A DNA stretch of 64,000 nucleotides from the NCBI GenBank assembly GCA_949358305.1, contig OX442314.1, positions 25,606,001-25,670,000 of the forward strand. The letters are read 5' to 3'. Below are positions 22,403 through 34,600 of the stretch, piece by piece; position 1 is the stretch's first letter, and every line of letters begins with the position of its first letter. The DNA is from Strigamia acuminata. Taxonomy: Eukaryota. The translations under genes and the position numbers were made by a program. The notes under the pieces were generated by a model. That model was not told where the DNA came from, did no database searches, and saw only the letters and a list, made by a program, of their open reading frames with translations.

Positions 22403-25400
22403 ATGGAGTCATCCAAAGTGCTCAATTTCTTGATGGAATACTACCAGCCACTTGTCTTACTTGCAATTGTAAGTTTGTTAATACACTGGAAGAAAAATGT
22501 AAAAAATCTTCCGCCTGGTCCATGGAGATTGCCAATATTTGGTTATATTCCCTTTTTGAAAGATCCACACCATTTAACCATCACAAAATTAAGTAAAAAG
22601 TATGGAAATGTAATGAGGTATTATTATTATTTTTTCAAATCAATAAAAAAGTGAAATTACAATTCCTTTCTTTTGTATTTCAGTATTTATTTGGGTGGTG
22701 TTTTAGTTATTGTTCTAAACGATTACAATGCAATAAAAGAAGCTTTTGTGAAGCAAGGATATTTGTTTTCTGGAAAACCCCACGCCAATCACCTGAAAAC
22801 TGGAAATCCTTCAGGTACATTCAATGTTCACATATTGCTTACTCATATAATGCAAACTTTACTTCAACTTTAGGTTTGTCAAATGCCGAGGGAGAAAAAG
22901 CCAGTCATCACCGGCGTTTTATTCTTTCAACGTTTAAAGATTTGGGGATGGGTAAATCAAGCCTGGAACCACATATAATGGTGGGTGTTATTATTTAAAT
23001 TCCCTTTCTCCTGCAAAAAAGGCTCGACAGCAAGGTTTGAACAATGTGAAACCCTTTATGCTCCAAGAAGAGCTTGACTGCATTGCATTATATCAAGCCA
23101 TTACATGAGTAGGCGTTGTGAACAGGAAGCTCCTCAGCCAGGAGTGACTAAAGATGGGTTCACATGTCTGCTTTAAAGCAGCTTTAAAGCACGATTGGTG
23201 CTTTGTGTTCGTGCATGCATGTGAACAGCGCTCTGCTCATTGTTCGTGCTTTGCTAACAGCTGGCAGTGCTGCATCATGTGCGCGCATCATGTTCGTGCT
23301 TTAACGTGCAAGCACAAAGCACCACATGTGAACCCACCTTAATGCTGTTTCTTGCTTTTACGCATGTTCTTGGGTTTTTTTTATCATCCCACCCTCTGCA
23401 AACCTCACCTGGATTGGTTTTTTAGTCATTCCTGGTTTGTATCTGTAATTTCATTGGTCGGAGCCCCCTGTCGCCAAGCGCTTCTCATTACACGAGATCT
23501 TCAAAGTTAATTTGCGATGTTTGACCGCAGATATCTCATTAAATACTGGCATCCCAATCAATTTTATTTCTTTTCCTGAATCAGAACCGAAATGATCCTG
23601 ATCTGTCTTTTGCAAAAATTCGTGTTGCACCCGTATTCTTAACCTTCCCATAGCCATGGTGGGTCAGAAAAATAACAAAAGTAGCAAAATAACTGGAGTG
23701 TCCTACTCCATCGGTCAATCCTGACCAATCGTTATGTTTTGGCGCTTTTAAGAGCAGCGCCACCTATATTGTAATTCGAGAATAAATCAGTCATTTTTAG
23801 TTCAACTTACCTGACATGTCGCTTTCTTGACCACTAACCACATCAACGATAAATACACAATAATTGGCGACGAGGAGGATCGCAATCGACGACCCACAAC
23901 CAGATGCAGCTTCGTATCTACTTTTTGTGAGTTTTTTTTTGATCGTTTGATGAACTTTTTGGCCGTTTTTGACCGTCGCTGACCACGCCGTCCCCGAAGT
24001 AGGCCTAGTCGTTTTGTGCTTCGAATTTTCGCGTTTTTTGTGCCATATTCCGCCTCCTTGCCATCAAGATGTCGACGTTGAAAGGCACGCTTCGCGAATA
24101 CGATTCCAGTGACGATTGGGAACTTTATTGTTTGCGTATGGCGAGTATTTTCGCCTGCAACAAAATAGTTGACGATTTGGAGCAGGTTCACACGCTGCTC
24201 GCGTACGTGGGCATGCCGACGTTGAAGTTATTGGTGTCGCTTACAGCACCCAAGAAGCCGGCCGAATTCAAGTACGCCGAATTGGTAGCGCTCATGCAGA
24301 AGAACGCCCGCCCGAAGCCGCTCGTTTTGGCCGAAATACGTCGATTTCATCGGCGCGATCGCCAGGCAGGTGAGACTGTCACCGAATACTCGTTGGCTCT
24401 CCAAGATCTTGCTGAGAATTGCGACTTTGGTGAAAATAAATCGGACGAGCTGCGAAATCGCTTTTTATGTGGCTTGCAAAACGAGCAAGTCCAACATGCG
24501 TTAACCCTGAAAACTGATCTGACTTTCGACGACGCCGTTGCTTTTGCGGCTTCCGCTGAGGTGTCATCGAAGGAATTTTCGACTATTGCTGCCCAGAATA
24601 CTGCCGCCACTCCTGTGCATAAACTCCACGAGTCAAAGCCGCGATACGAGCCGAACAGACGAGGCGGAAAGCGTTTCACGAAGAAAAATGTTGCTTTTCC
24701 AACTCCACACCAACCATCCAGTAAAGGAAATGCGTCGGGGTGCTCGGCTTGTGGTAAATCGAACCACTCTCGCGATTCGTGTCGTTTTCGGGACGCCAAG
24801 TGCCACGGCTGTGGTAAAACTGGACATATTCGTCCGGTGTGTCGTTCTCGTGTTCCAGCATCGGATTCCACTCACGTTGTTCGTTTTAACGAGGACATGG
24901 ATTTCTATCGAGTTCACACTGGTCCCGCAACTGCAGTCAATTCCGTGCATTTGCCACGTGTGAAACCTGTCATGATTACCATTTGTATCGATGGTGTCAA
25001 TCTCGATATGGAGATGGACACGGGGGCAGGTGCTTCAATTATTGCTCTTGATTTATATCTAAAACATTTTTCCCATTTTCCATTGCAGACCATCCCGTGC
25101 AACATGTACACGTATACAGGCGATCAAATACAGATGGAGGGAGTTATTGAGGTTCCAGTCAGGTTCAAAAATCGAAATTTTTTATTGCCACTCTGTGTCG
25201 CACGGGATGGTCCAGTTCCGTTGTTGGGCAGAGGTTGGTTATGCATGTTCGGGCTCCTTTCGAAAACTGCTGAAGCGGTCGGCGCGAAAATTTACAAGGC
25301 CGATTCCGTTGCTCCCCAGTCCGAGGTTCTCGATTCCACTTCCGCCAAAGCTTTGGAAACGTTGTTGCTGAAGCACGAGCACACTTTCCGAGATGAAATC

Positions 25401-28400
25401 GGTTGCTTTAACAAGTCCACTGTTCACATTGACGTTGATCCGGCGGTACAGCCGATTTTTCTAAAAGCTTATCCAGTCCCCATAGCAGTTAAGCCATTGG
25501 TCGAGGCTGAGTTGGCGCGTTTGCAAGCGCTGGGTATTATAACCCCGGTTGCATCATCACGTTGGGCAACGCCCGTGATGCATGTTAAAAAGTCTGATGG
25601 CACCATCAAATTGGCTGGTTGCTATAACCGGACAATTAACAAAGCTATTTTTCCCAACTCATATCCTTTGCCTTTATTTGCAGATGTGACCGCCAAATTG
25701 TCGGGAGGGGAAACTTATTCAGTATTGGATATGAATTCAGCTTTCAATCAATTGGAATTAGATGAGGAGAGCAAAATGTTCTGCACGATTAACACTCATT
25801 TGGGCCTTTTCAGGGTAAATAGGCTCTTTTATGGTATTTCGTCCGCTCCCGCTCTATTCCAACAAACGATGGACCAGTTGACCGCCAAGGTGAACAGCGC
25901 TCAGCCGTTTATCGATGACTCCGCCGTGACAGGTGCGACCAACGCGGTTCACCTGCAAAATTTGGACGTGCTTTTGACGACGTTCGGTGGAGCCGGTCTC
26001 ACGTTGAATCGCCGGAAGTGTCACTTTTTACAGCAATCGATCCAGTTTTTAGGTTTAAACATTTCCAAACTAGGTATTTCCCCGATAGATTCGAAGCTCG
26101 CTCCACTCAGAGATGCAAGGCGCCCCAGTGATGTAACCTCTTTGAAATCGTTCCTTGGTCTCATCAATTACTACGGTCGCTTTGTTGCAAATTTGTCTAC
26201 TCTGCTCGAACCGTTATATCGTTTAACACGTGACGATGTCGAGTGGAAGTGGACAGAGGAGCACGAGTCCACCTGGAAAAAGGTTAAGGTTGCTGTATCC
26301 ACAGAGTCAGCGTTGGTTCACTTTGATCAGTCTAAAAAATTGTTTTTGACAGTCGATGCTTCCCCGGTAGGCGTGGGAGCGTTCTTGTCGCACCTCGATC
26401 CAGACGGTACTCACAGGCCAATTGCCTTTGCGAGTTCTCTTTTGTCGGCCGCGCAGAAGAATTACGCACAGATAGAGCGTGAGGGATTCGCCATTATTTA
26501 TGGCATCAGGAAATTCCATCACTACCTGTTTGGGCGTCGTTTCTTCCTGCGTACGGACCACAAACCCTTTGTTTCTATATTTGGAGAGAAAAAGGGATGT
26601 AACCAGATCGTGGCTGCACGACTGCATCGTTGGGCAGTATTTCTGTCCGCCTACGATTTTATTATTGAACACGTGCCTGCTGTGGACAACGCCATTGCCG
26701 ATGGCTTGTCTCGTAATCCACAACCGAGTGTGGACAGCACAGAAGATTTGGAAGTCGGCATTAACAAAATTTATTCTGCTTCAATTTCAGATTTCCCCAT
26801 GTCAGCTACTTCTTTAAAAGCTGCGTACGCAGCTGACGAAGTACTGCAAGATGTTATGCGACATGTTCGCACTGGATGGAAATCACGCACGCCGGACACC
26901 GCTGAATTTTATAAACACCGGGACTCGTTCTCAACTTTTGACGAATTTTTATTTCTCTCTGATAGGTTGGTGATTCCGAAAGCTGTTCGTCGTTCGGTGT
27001 TGGTCGAGCTCCATGCGGGTCATTACGGCATTGTCCGTACCAAATCGTTGGCGCGAGCCACGGTTTGGTGGCCTGGAATCGACGCTGACATCGAGCGCAC
27101 AGTCAAGAACTGCGACGTCTGCCAGCGAAGCTTACCCGATCCGCCGAAATCAAACACCGTCAGTTGGCCAGTTCCAGACCAGGTGTGGGGACGGGTACAT
27201 CTCGATTTCGCCGGCCCGTTTCATAATTCGATGTTCCTGTTGGCGGTTGACGCTAAAACCAAGTGGTGCGAGATTCGTAAGATGTCCACAACTACTGCTG
27301 CCGCCACCATTGAAGTTATCAAGTCTTGGTTCGAAAATCACGGTTTGCCACTGCATTTTCATACCGACAACGGACCACAGTTCACCTCGCAGGAATTTCG
27401 CCAGTTCTTGGCGATAAATGGAATTCGTCACACTCTCTCACCGCCGTACCATCCAGCTACAAATGGCGCGGTTGAGGGTTTTGTGAAGACTTTTAAAACC
27501 CAAGTTGATAAATTTCTAACCTTGAATTTTTCCTTGTCGGATGCCGTCTCCCGTTTCATCGCATCGTATCGCTCAACGCCACACGCTACGACGAAAGTTT
27601 CACCAGCTGTCGCCTTCCTTCAGCGTGAGATGCGGACGCGCTTACATCTATTGAACCCACGACTTCTGCCAGATGTCGACCAAATTGACATTCCGCGCCG
27701 TTTTGAAGTTGGGGACCTCGTGTTCGCGCGGGATTACCGTGGCACTCCCAAGTGGATACCCGGTATAGTTAAAAAGAAGACTTCTTCGTCCACTTACGAT
27801 ATTGAAGTCGCTCTCGACGTGACGTGGAATCGACACATTGACCAGTTGCGACGTCGCGCAGATCCGAGTTTGTTGCCACAAAATGGGGGGAAAGATTGTA
27901 GAAGTTCTCTTCTTCCTTTTGCCATCACTTCTCAACCAACTACACCGCCTGTGCCCGTGCCTGATCCAGTACTCACCGTTCCTCAAGCTGTCGTTCCTCA
28001 AAACGTTGCTCCGACACACGCACCGCCGTTGCCCGTTCGTGCGCCATCGCCACCTGCAATTGCTGGCTCGAGTGCTCCAGTTCCTCCAGCGCTTAGCCCT
28101 CGACCAGTCCGAAACAGGAAACAAACGGACTTTTATGGCTTCCCACCGAATTGATGTTTGTGTTTGTGTTTTAAATTAATTGATTTCATTTTGTGTTAGT
28201 TTAAATTTCCAACTTTGTTCTTTATTAACTTTTATATACATGTGTTTAATGTTTAAATTGTTTTATCCCTTTCTTGATTATATAATTGGTGTTTCTCCCA
28301 ATTAAAGGGGATGTTGGAGTGTCCTACTCCATCGGTCAATCCTGACCAATCGTTATGTTTTGGCGCTTTTAAGAGCAGCGCCACCTATATTGTAATTCGA

Positions 28401-30578
28401 GAATAAATCAGTCATTTTTAGTTCAACTTACCTGACATGTCGCTTTCTTGACCACTAACCACATCAACGATAAATACACAATAATAACTGTAACTCTGTT
28501 TTTCCTGAAAATTAATTTAGGAAACCAGCTTTAATTCCTCCAAAAATATTTTTTCTAAATTTATATTAATTAAGTTTTAATATTATTTCGATTAGGAATA
28601 AGATAAACTAATAATAACAATAACATTTACAACACAAAATACCATTACGCGAGCGCCGTACACTGTTTTGCCACTTTTTAGCACTAGGCAGTTTATTGAA
28701 ACAATTCTGCGCATGTGCACAATCTTACTTTTCCAGGTGCAATCGCATTTTTTCTGGTTTGAGCACATTAAAACATGTGCTGAGGCCAGGAAAAATGCGA
28801 TTGCACCTGGAGAAATAAGATTCTGCACATGCGCAGAAGCATTTTAAAAGAAGGCCGATTTGACCGATCTCAGCTAGCAATGGTGGAAATTAGGCTTGGC
28901 TATGGGAAGGTTAATATGTTTTCTACTCCGGAGATTTTAAGAATATACTTTTGTTTTTCAGAATGAAATCAGACATTTTTTAAACGAAATAAAAAAGACA
29001 AATGGACAGCCGACTGATCTAAAATACGCAATAGGCTTAAGTGTTGCTAATATTGTAGCTTTGTTGCAATTTGGAGATAGATTGGAATACACAGATCCGT
29101 TCCTTCAAACTGTATCAACAACAATTCTAGATTCGTCAAAATATGTAGGTCCACTTGCTTTGAGGGTGTTTCTGCCCTGGTTGGTTCATATTCCATTCAC
29201 TGATTCCCTCACAGGAATTAAACAGTTCAGGTGCTACATTTCCTTTAATATTATTACCATACCATTTTTTATGTCATTCTTTTTTCCAGAAAAGCAGCTG
29301 GAATTATTGAGACCTATTTAAGCAGAGTAATTAAAAACAAAGAAGAAAATTACATCGAAGGATGGAAGACCAATTACATAGATTCCTACATAACAGAAAG
29401 AAAGCAACTAATTGAGAAAACTGGATCTGAAGGCTATTTTGATAGTAAGTTTAAAGTTCAAAATAATACAGAGCATCAGATATAAATTATCTGCCCTACA
29501 AAAAGCTCCAACTCGTGAAGTTGCAGCAATTTCCATAGAAACTCACTTACAAGTACACTATTGTTTATTTGAAAATAGTGCAGGATCTCTTACCCAATGC
29601 AAGAAATTTGTATGGAGCTGGTGTCGAAACCTCGACAAGTTATTTGCTTTGGAGTATTCTATATATGTTGAAATATCCAGAAGTAAGGAAAAAAGTTCAA
29701 AACGAAATTGATGAAGTAATTGGTAAAGGAAGAGATCCGGTCGTGGCAGATAAAATGAATATGCCATACACTGAGGCAACAATGCTGGAAGTGCATAGGA
29801 TGTGCACTGTACTCCCTTTTAGTTTGGTTCATAGGTTGTAATATAATGATGATTGAATATTTTCAAAAGAAAAAGACAGAAGCATAATAAATAACAACCC
29901 AGTACGCAATTAAAGCGAATGGAAATGGAAATGGAAAATATTCAGACGGAGCTAATTTAAAAATTTTATTCACCCTTTTTATTGATTTGCAGATGGCATG
30001 GCATTCCAAAAATTAACAGGCAATGCTCGTGTTTTTTTTTACAGTTGTTGGCAAAATTTCAATCGCCAAAGTCTTTTCTTTGGAAAAATTCATATATCAG
30101 AATAGAATAGTAGAGATAATGATTTTCATAATTTTTGTAACACAGCAACATGGAAGAAACGAAATTGTTTGACTATGATATTCCAAAACATAGTTATGTT
30201 ATAGCCAACCTGTGGGCCGTTCATCACGATAAAACTCTGTGGAAAGATCCAGAAGAATTCAAGCCAGAAAGGTTTATTGGTGATAATGACAAAATCATTA
30301 AACCAGAATACTTGATTCAATTTTCAATGGGTAATATACCATCAGAATCTGATGATAAGCTACAGTATATTGACATTTTTTTTTAATAATATATGCACAT
30401 TTTAGGTAAAAGAAATTGTATTGGTGAGAGGTTAGCTACTACAACAACCTTTCTGTATTTCGTCTCATTGTTTCAACAATTCAATATTCAATTACCAAAA
30501 GGACATGTTGCCGCGCTGGAAGCATGTCTAGGCATATCCTGGCAGCCAAAACCATTCAAAGTGTGCGCATTGTTTTAA
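22403..30578 (+). CDS. Cytochrome P450, clan-2-like, gene 1; 8 exons (22403-22617, 22684-22814, 22874-22980, 28962-29230, 29290-29444, 29579-29834, 30146-30330, 30406-30578)
   Basis: N-terminal anchor plus PPGPW, I-helix AGVETS, K-helix EVHR, PERF, heme motif FSMGKRNCIG split by intron 7; GT-AG junctions in phase. Confidence 0.93.
23152..23339. mobile_element. PIF/Harbinger-like MITE (188 bp)
   Basis: TIR AGATGGGTTCACATG / CATGTGAACCCACCT, flanked by TAA on both sides. Confidence 0.7.
23694..28483 (+). mobile_element. Ty3/Gypsy LTR retrotransposon, Mag-like (element B, 4.8 kb)
   Basis: ~170-bp LTRs 23694-23862 and 28312/28315-28483, 5-bp TSD ATAAC, PBS TGGCGACGAGG at 23865, PPT AAAGGGGA. 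Confidence 0.95.
24069..28154 (+). CDS. Single gag-pol polyprotein of element B (1361 aa), intact
   Basis: Two CCHC knuckles, MDTGA protease, FIDD RT, VDAS/TDH RNase H, HHCC and LDFAGP...TDNGPQF...VE integrase. Confidence 0.95.
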   Translation: MSTLKGTLREYDSSDDWELYCLRMASIFACNKIVDDLEQVHTLLAYVGMPTLKLLVSLTAPKKPAEFKYAELVALMQKNARPKPLVLAEIRRFHRRDRQAGETVTEYSLALQDLAENCDFGENKSDELRNRFLCGLQNEQVQHALTLKTDLTFDDAVAFAASAEVSSKEFSTIAAQNTAATPVHKLHESKPRYEPNRRGGKRFTKKNVAFPTPHQPSSKGNASGCSACGKSNHSRDSCRFRDAKCHGCGKTGHIRPVCRSRVPASDSTHVVRFNEDMDFYRVHTGPATAVNSVHLPRVKPVMITICIDGVNLDMEMDTGAGASIIALDLYLKHFSHFPLQTIPCNMYTYTGDQIQMEGVIEVPVRFKNRNFLLPLCVARDGPVPLLGRGWLCMFGLLSKTAEAVGAKIYKADSVAPQSEVLDSTSAKALETLLLKHEHTFRDEIGCFNKSTVHIDVDPAVQPIFLKAYPVPIAVKPLVEAELARLQALGIITPVASSRWATPVMHVKKSDGTIKLAGCYNRTINKAIFPNSYPLPLFADVTAKLSGGETYSVLDMNSAFNQLELDEESKMFCTINTHLGLFRVNRLFYGISSAPALFQQTMDQLTAKVNSAQPFIDDSAVTGATNAVHLQNLDVLLTTFGGAGLTLNRRKCHFLQQSIQFLGLNISKLGISPIDSKLAPLRDARRPSDVTSLKSFLGLINYYGRFVANLSTLLEPLYRLTRDDVEWKWTEEHESTWKKVKVAVSTESALVHFDQSKKLFLTVDASPVGVGAFLSHLDPDGTHRPIAFASSLLSAAQKNYAQIEREGFAIIYGIRKFHHYLFGRRFFLRTDHKPFVSIFGEKKGCNQIVAARLHRWAVFLSAYDFIIEHVPAVDNAIADGLSRNPQPSVDSTEDLEVGINKIYSASISDFPMSATSLKAAYAADEVLQDVMRHVRTGWKSRTPDTAEFYKHRDSFSTFDEFLFLSDRLVIPKAVRRSVLVELHAGHYGIVRTKSLARATVWWPGIDADIERTVKNCDVCQRSLPDPPKSNTVSWPVPDQVWGRVHLDFAGPFHNSMFLLAVDAKTKWCEIRKMSTTTAAATIEVIKSWFENHGLPLHFHTDNGPQFTSQEFRQFLAINGIRHTLSPPYHPATNGAVEGFVKTFKTQVDKFLTLNFSLSDAVSRFIASYRSTPHATTKVSPAVAFLQREMRTRLHLLNPRLLPDVDQIDIPRRFEVGDLVFARDYRGTPKWIPGIVKKKTSSSTYDIEVALDVTWNRHIDQLRRRADPSLLPQNGGKDCRSSLLPFAITSQPTTPPVPVPDPVLTVPQAVVPQNVAPTHAPPLPVRAPSPPAIAGSSAPVPPALSPRPVRNRKQTDFYGFPPN

Positions 30579-30770
30579 ACATTACCTCAATAAATTTTTT
30601 TAAAAAAATTCTTTTTTTTTAAAAAGAACCACCAACTAAATATAAATATATGTAGTAAAAACTTTAGGTGATGTATGACCACAAAACATTCAATCGAATG
30701 GAAAGAATATTTTTTCGATAAGTTTGTGACATGTTTTCTCATTTATTAATTAATAAATAAATATAAATGT

Positions 30771-30828
30771 TATAAATATAACAACTTAAAACTAACCTTA
30801 AGGTTAGTTTTAAGTTGTTATATTTATA
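30771..30828. repeat. Perfect 58-bp palindrome
   Basis: TATAAATATAACAACTTAAAACTAACCTT followed directly by its reverse complement. Confidence 0.9.
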
Positions 30829-31284
30829 TAACAAGTTTTAAAACGTGTGTTGCGTGCACTCATGTATTGTTGAAAATTTCGAATTCAATTCGATTCGTGT
30901 ACTTCATAGAGTAAACACATGTTTTATGTTCAACCGTTAAACTCATTTTGCCGTTCATTTATCGACTTGCAAGCGATTTTGCTAGCATTATACAGAAAAG
31001 TCTGTTCCCCCAACAATATTTCAGAAGAGAAGAATATTTCTTGAATTTATAATTGGGTCATATACGAAGTTGGCCATGCTAAAATTAATAGTGATTCCGA
31101 ACTTGACCTTGAGCACTAGTATCAAGGTCATTCACTTCCTGACTTATAAACTCTTTGAGACAGAAAAAAAAAAGTCAATTGCAAAGTTGTAGCGCACCAT
31201 TTTTTTTAGTCAATACCTTGTATACACTTTTAAATCTTATTGTTATCTTTTCTTATCTTGTGAAAAAAGTGAAAACATAAATTT

Positions 31285-31500
31285 CAATTTCCATACAAAC
31301 TCATTTATTGTTTATTGCAAAATAGTCCACGATTTCTTACCCAATGCAAAAAATGTCAATGGTGGTGAAACCTCAACAAATTATTTGCTTTTGAGTATTG
31401 TATATATGTTGAAATATCCAAAAGTAGGGAAAAAAATATAAAATGAAATTGGTTAAGGAAGATTGGTAAAGGAAGAGTCATAGCCGTAGCAGCTAAAATT
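31285..31500 (+). pseudogene. Degenerate copy of P450 gene 1 intron 5/exon 6 (detritus exon)
   Basis: Aligns by eye to ~29525-29760 (CTTACCCAATGCAA, GAAACCTC, TTATTTGCTT, TATATATGTTGAAATATCCA, GGTAAAGGAAGAG) with indels and stops. Confidence 0.8.
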
Positions 31501-31633
31501 ACCACAATGTCATTTCAATGTTATTGGATGAGTTCAACCTTATCAGCTACTGACAAGGTAAATCACAAAACCACTTCTGGATAACACAGCATTAGGTAGC
31601 CACACAGCCGCACATTATCTCCTTGGTATAAGT

Positions 31634-34600
31634 ATGGAACTAAAGAGTTTCACAAACATCATGTTTGAATACTATCAAAGTATTATTTTGATAGCATTTA
31701 TAACTATATTGCTATATTTAAAACCGAGAAAAAATTTACCACCTGGACCATGGGGATTGCCAATATTTGGATATCTCCCATTCTTAAAACAACCTCATTA
31801 TAAAGAAGTGACGAAATTGGGAGAAAAGTATGGAAACGTCATTAGGTAAATATTTAATACCAAATAAAAATTTCATTATTAAATTATTAAATACTTGCTC
31901 AGTTTTTATTTGGGGAATGTGTTGGTGATAGTGTTGGGTGACTACAACGCCATTAAAGAAGCTTTTGTAAAGCAGGGAAACATATTTTCGGGGAAACCCA
32001 AAGAGAATATTTTTCGTACCAGTAAAATAGCTAAAGGTAATGATTTACTTAATTACGTAATGTTATATTAATTTTATCATTTTGGTTCCAGGTCTTATGG
32101 TGGCAGAAGGCGAAACAGCGAGTCAGCACCGTCGCTTCATTCTTTCAACTTTCAAAGATGTTGGAATGGGCAAAACTAGTCTGGAACCACAATTAATGGT
32201 ACATGTTTGTATAAAATAATTCCTGTCTACGAAACAATCAAATATCAAACAAAATGTTTAAATTTAGACTTTATCAGCGATAAATGGGTGCAATAACTGA
32301 TTTTATTATATAAAAAACAAACCTTATCAACAGTTTCAAAGATATTCTGAAGTCAAATGACTATTATTCATTATCGGTATGTTTATTACTGCTGCATGGA
32401 ACTCTGTCAACCTCAATAGCCTAAGTCTACAAGGAGGGTGACAGGTGTGTGTGATGTGACACTTACAAGTTAGCATGGCCCTTTGGCAGCGTGCCTGTCT
32501 GGTGTCAGTGTCCTATTTAAAGCCTAGTACTCATTGTGACTGGTATGGTCTCGCCAATGTAACTAGGGGACTAATCACACTGGGTAGGGACGCATACATC
32601 ACGTAATAATAACAAGATTCCCACAATATTGGTTGGTTGGCCTTTATTGTCGTTGTCTAGGGGTATGGGGAATCCCGCTACCCGTTGCAGGGGCACCATG
32701 AAGGCGCGCCGCACCGGCAACCGGCCCGTCACACACTGGGCAGAAGTCCAATGTGTGACGTGGTCGGTTCGACTTAACATTCATGTCGCGCTTACCTGCG
32801 ACCCGCGTATCCGCTCATGGAGGCTGCACTACGGACTCCGCCATAGCACTGAGGATCAACGTGGTGAATGGTGAGGAGTGTGGGGTTCAACCTGGGACAC
32901 TTCTCGTCCCTCTCGATGACTACTTCTCCTCTCTGGGAGCTGCTGCAGACACGTCCTTCTCAGGCCGTGTCCAACTCTCAACTCTCCTCACACACTCCAC
33001 TCCCTCCTCACCACACTACTCCACTCCCTCCTCCCCGGGCTAGGTCAATCACCCACAGAGGGGTTGACCTTTGGGGCCGTATGGTGGTGTGTGGCAGTGC
33101 CGCAGGTCACCCAGGTGGCCTGACGGTCACATCTCCCCCCCCCTCGAAAAAGGTAGGTTCCAAGGGGCCACACACAACACCAACGGGGACACGCAAGTCG
33201 AGGCAAGCACGGCAATAGTGTCGGTCAAAGACCACACACTGTCGGGCTACCGGCGCTGACTTCCGGTGCCGGTTGTCCAAAGGATCACCGCACCGTCGGT
33301 CCACGCTGTTCGAGCAACGTTGGGCAACGGAAAACACCCAACCCTAGACTGGCCGAAAACAAAACAAACTATTGATGGTATTACAATGCAAATAATAATT
33401 CACCGGGCCTGAACGTAACAAGCCCGGGAGCAAACCATAAAACAAAACAGAAAGAAAAATATTGACATAAAATAATAATAAACGAATTAAATTAAAAGGT
33501 AAAACAAGGATGGGAGAGGTTGGTCAAGCCTCTCAAGAATGTTCCAAAACAATTACGTTAAACAAACGAGGAAAAGGAAAAAAAAAGAAAAAATAAATAA
33601 CTATGTACATCAACCGGGATCTGACCAAGACCCAAGGTTGGGAGGTTCCAGGAACATTGGAAGCCTCCAACGTCTTCTTTCGTCGGGCATCTGAGCGCGT
33701 GGCGCGGCGTCACCGTCTCGTCACTCGCCCTGGCTCGGCGTCCATGTCTTGGGGCAGGCATCTCATGGAATCCTGTTTAGGGAAAAAATATTATCGGGAC
33801 CAGAGGTCCGTCGTTTGTACAATTCTGGCGTCTAAGGACGACGATCCGGGCTTTTCACGGCTCCGGCGCATCCTCGGACGGCGGCTGCGGTTGAGAGGGG
33901 CCATGGAGCTCCTCTTCAGACGCAGTCGCGACCTCCGGTGCGATCTCTCGTGCGGGCCTTGCTGGGGCTGGAGAAGTTCTCGCTGCCTCCAGCACGGACC
34001 GTATGGATGGTGGCGGTGGCATCAGTCGCCTGCCCTCCGCTTCAGCTGCTGACGTCGATGGGGGAGGATGCGATCGAACCTTCTCCACCATCGGCGCAGC
34101 AGCCGTCGACACTGGCGGAAGTGGTGCGCAGTGCGCTCCCTTCTCGCCCTTCGTTGGAGTGGAACCGGGTGCGGCCTTGCGGGACTTCTTCCCCTTTCCC
34201 TTCTTCTTCCGCTCGCGTTCCACCTCCTTCCTGTGCTCATTGTACTCGGCCTCCACCGGGTCCCAAACTTCGGCGCTGAAGTCGTCCTTGTAGGCCTTCC
34301 GCCTATGCACCCGCTTGACGATCACCTCCTCGTAAGTAGGTGGGGGTGGTGGCGATAGTGCTGCCAGCTCCGGAGGCATCTCGATCGGGGTGGGCTCGTG
34401 GGATGCCGGTCTGAACACCCGCTGATGGCCATGGTTGTCCACCAGTTTGGGCAGACTCGCCAGCGTCTCCACGTAGCCGCTACAGACTGATGGGTCGATG
34501 TCGGCGAAATCCGCCCCGACAGTCTCTTCTAGCGTCCATTCTTGAACCGCGAACGGTGATGGCAGATGGAGTTACCAGGCGTTCATTGCCGACCCGACCG

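Larger units (their letters stand above)
23643..28910. mobile_element. piggyBac-like MITE (~470 bp) interrupted by Gypsy B
   Basis: TTAA|CCTTCCCATAGCCA ... TGGCTATGGGAAGG|TTAA (14-bp TIR, TTAA TSD). Confidence 0.8.

Noticed and set aside
31104..31137. Nuclear-receptor (EcRE-like) element TGACCT...AGGTCA upstream of P450 gene 2
   Set aside because: The half-sites are present, but the spacing is atypical and such hairpins are common in repeat remnants; cannot be supported from sequence alone.
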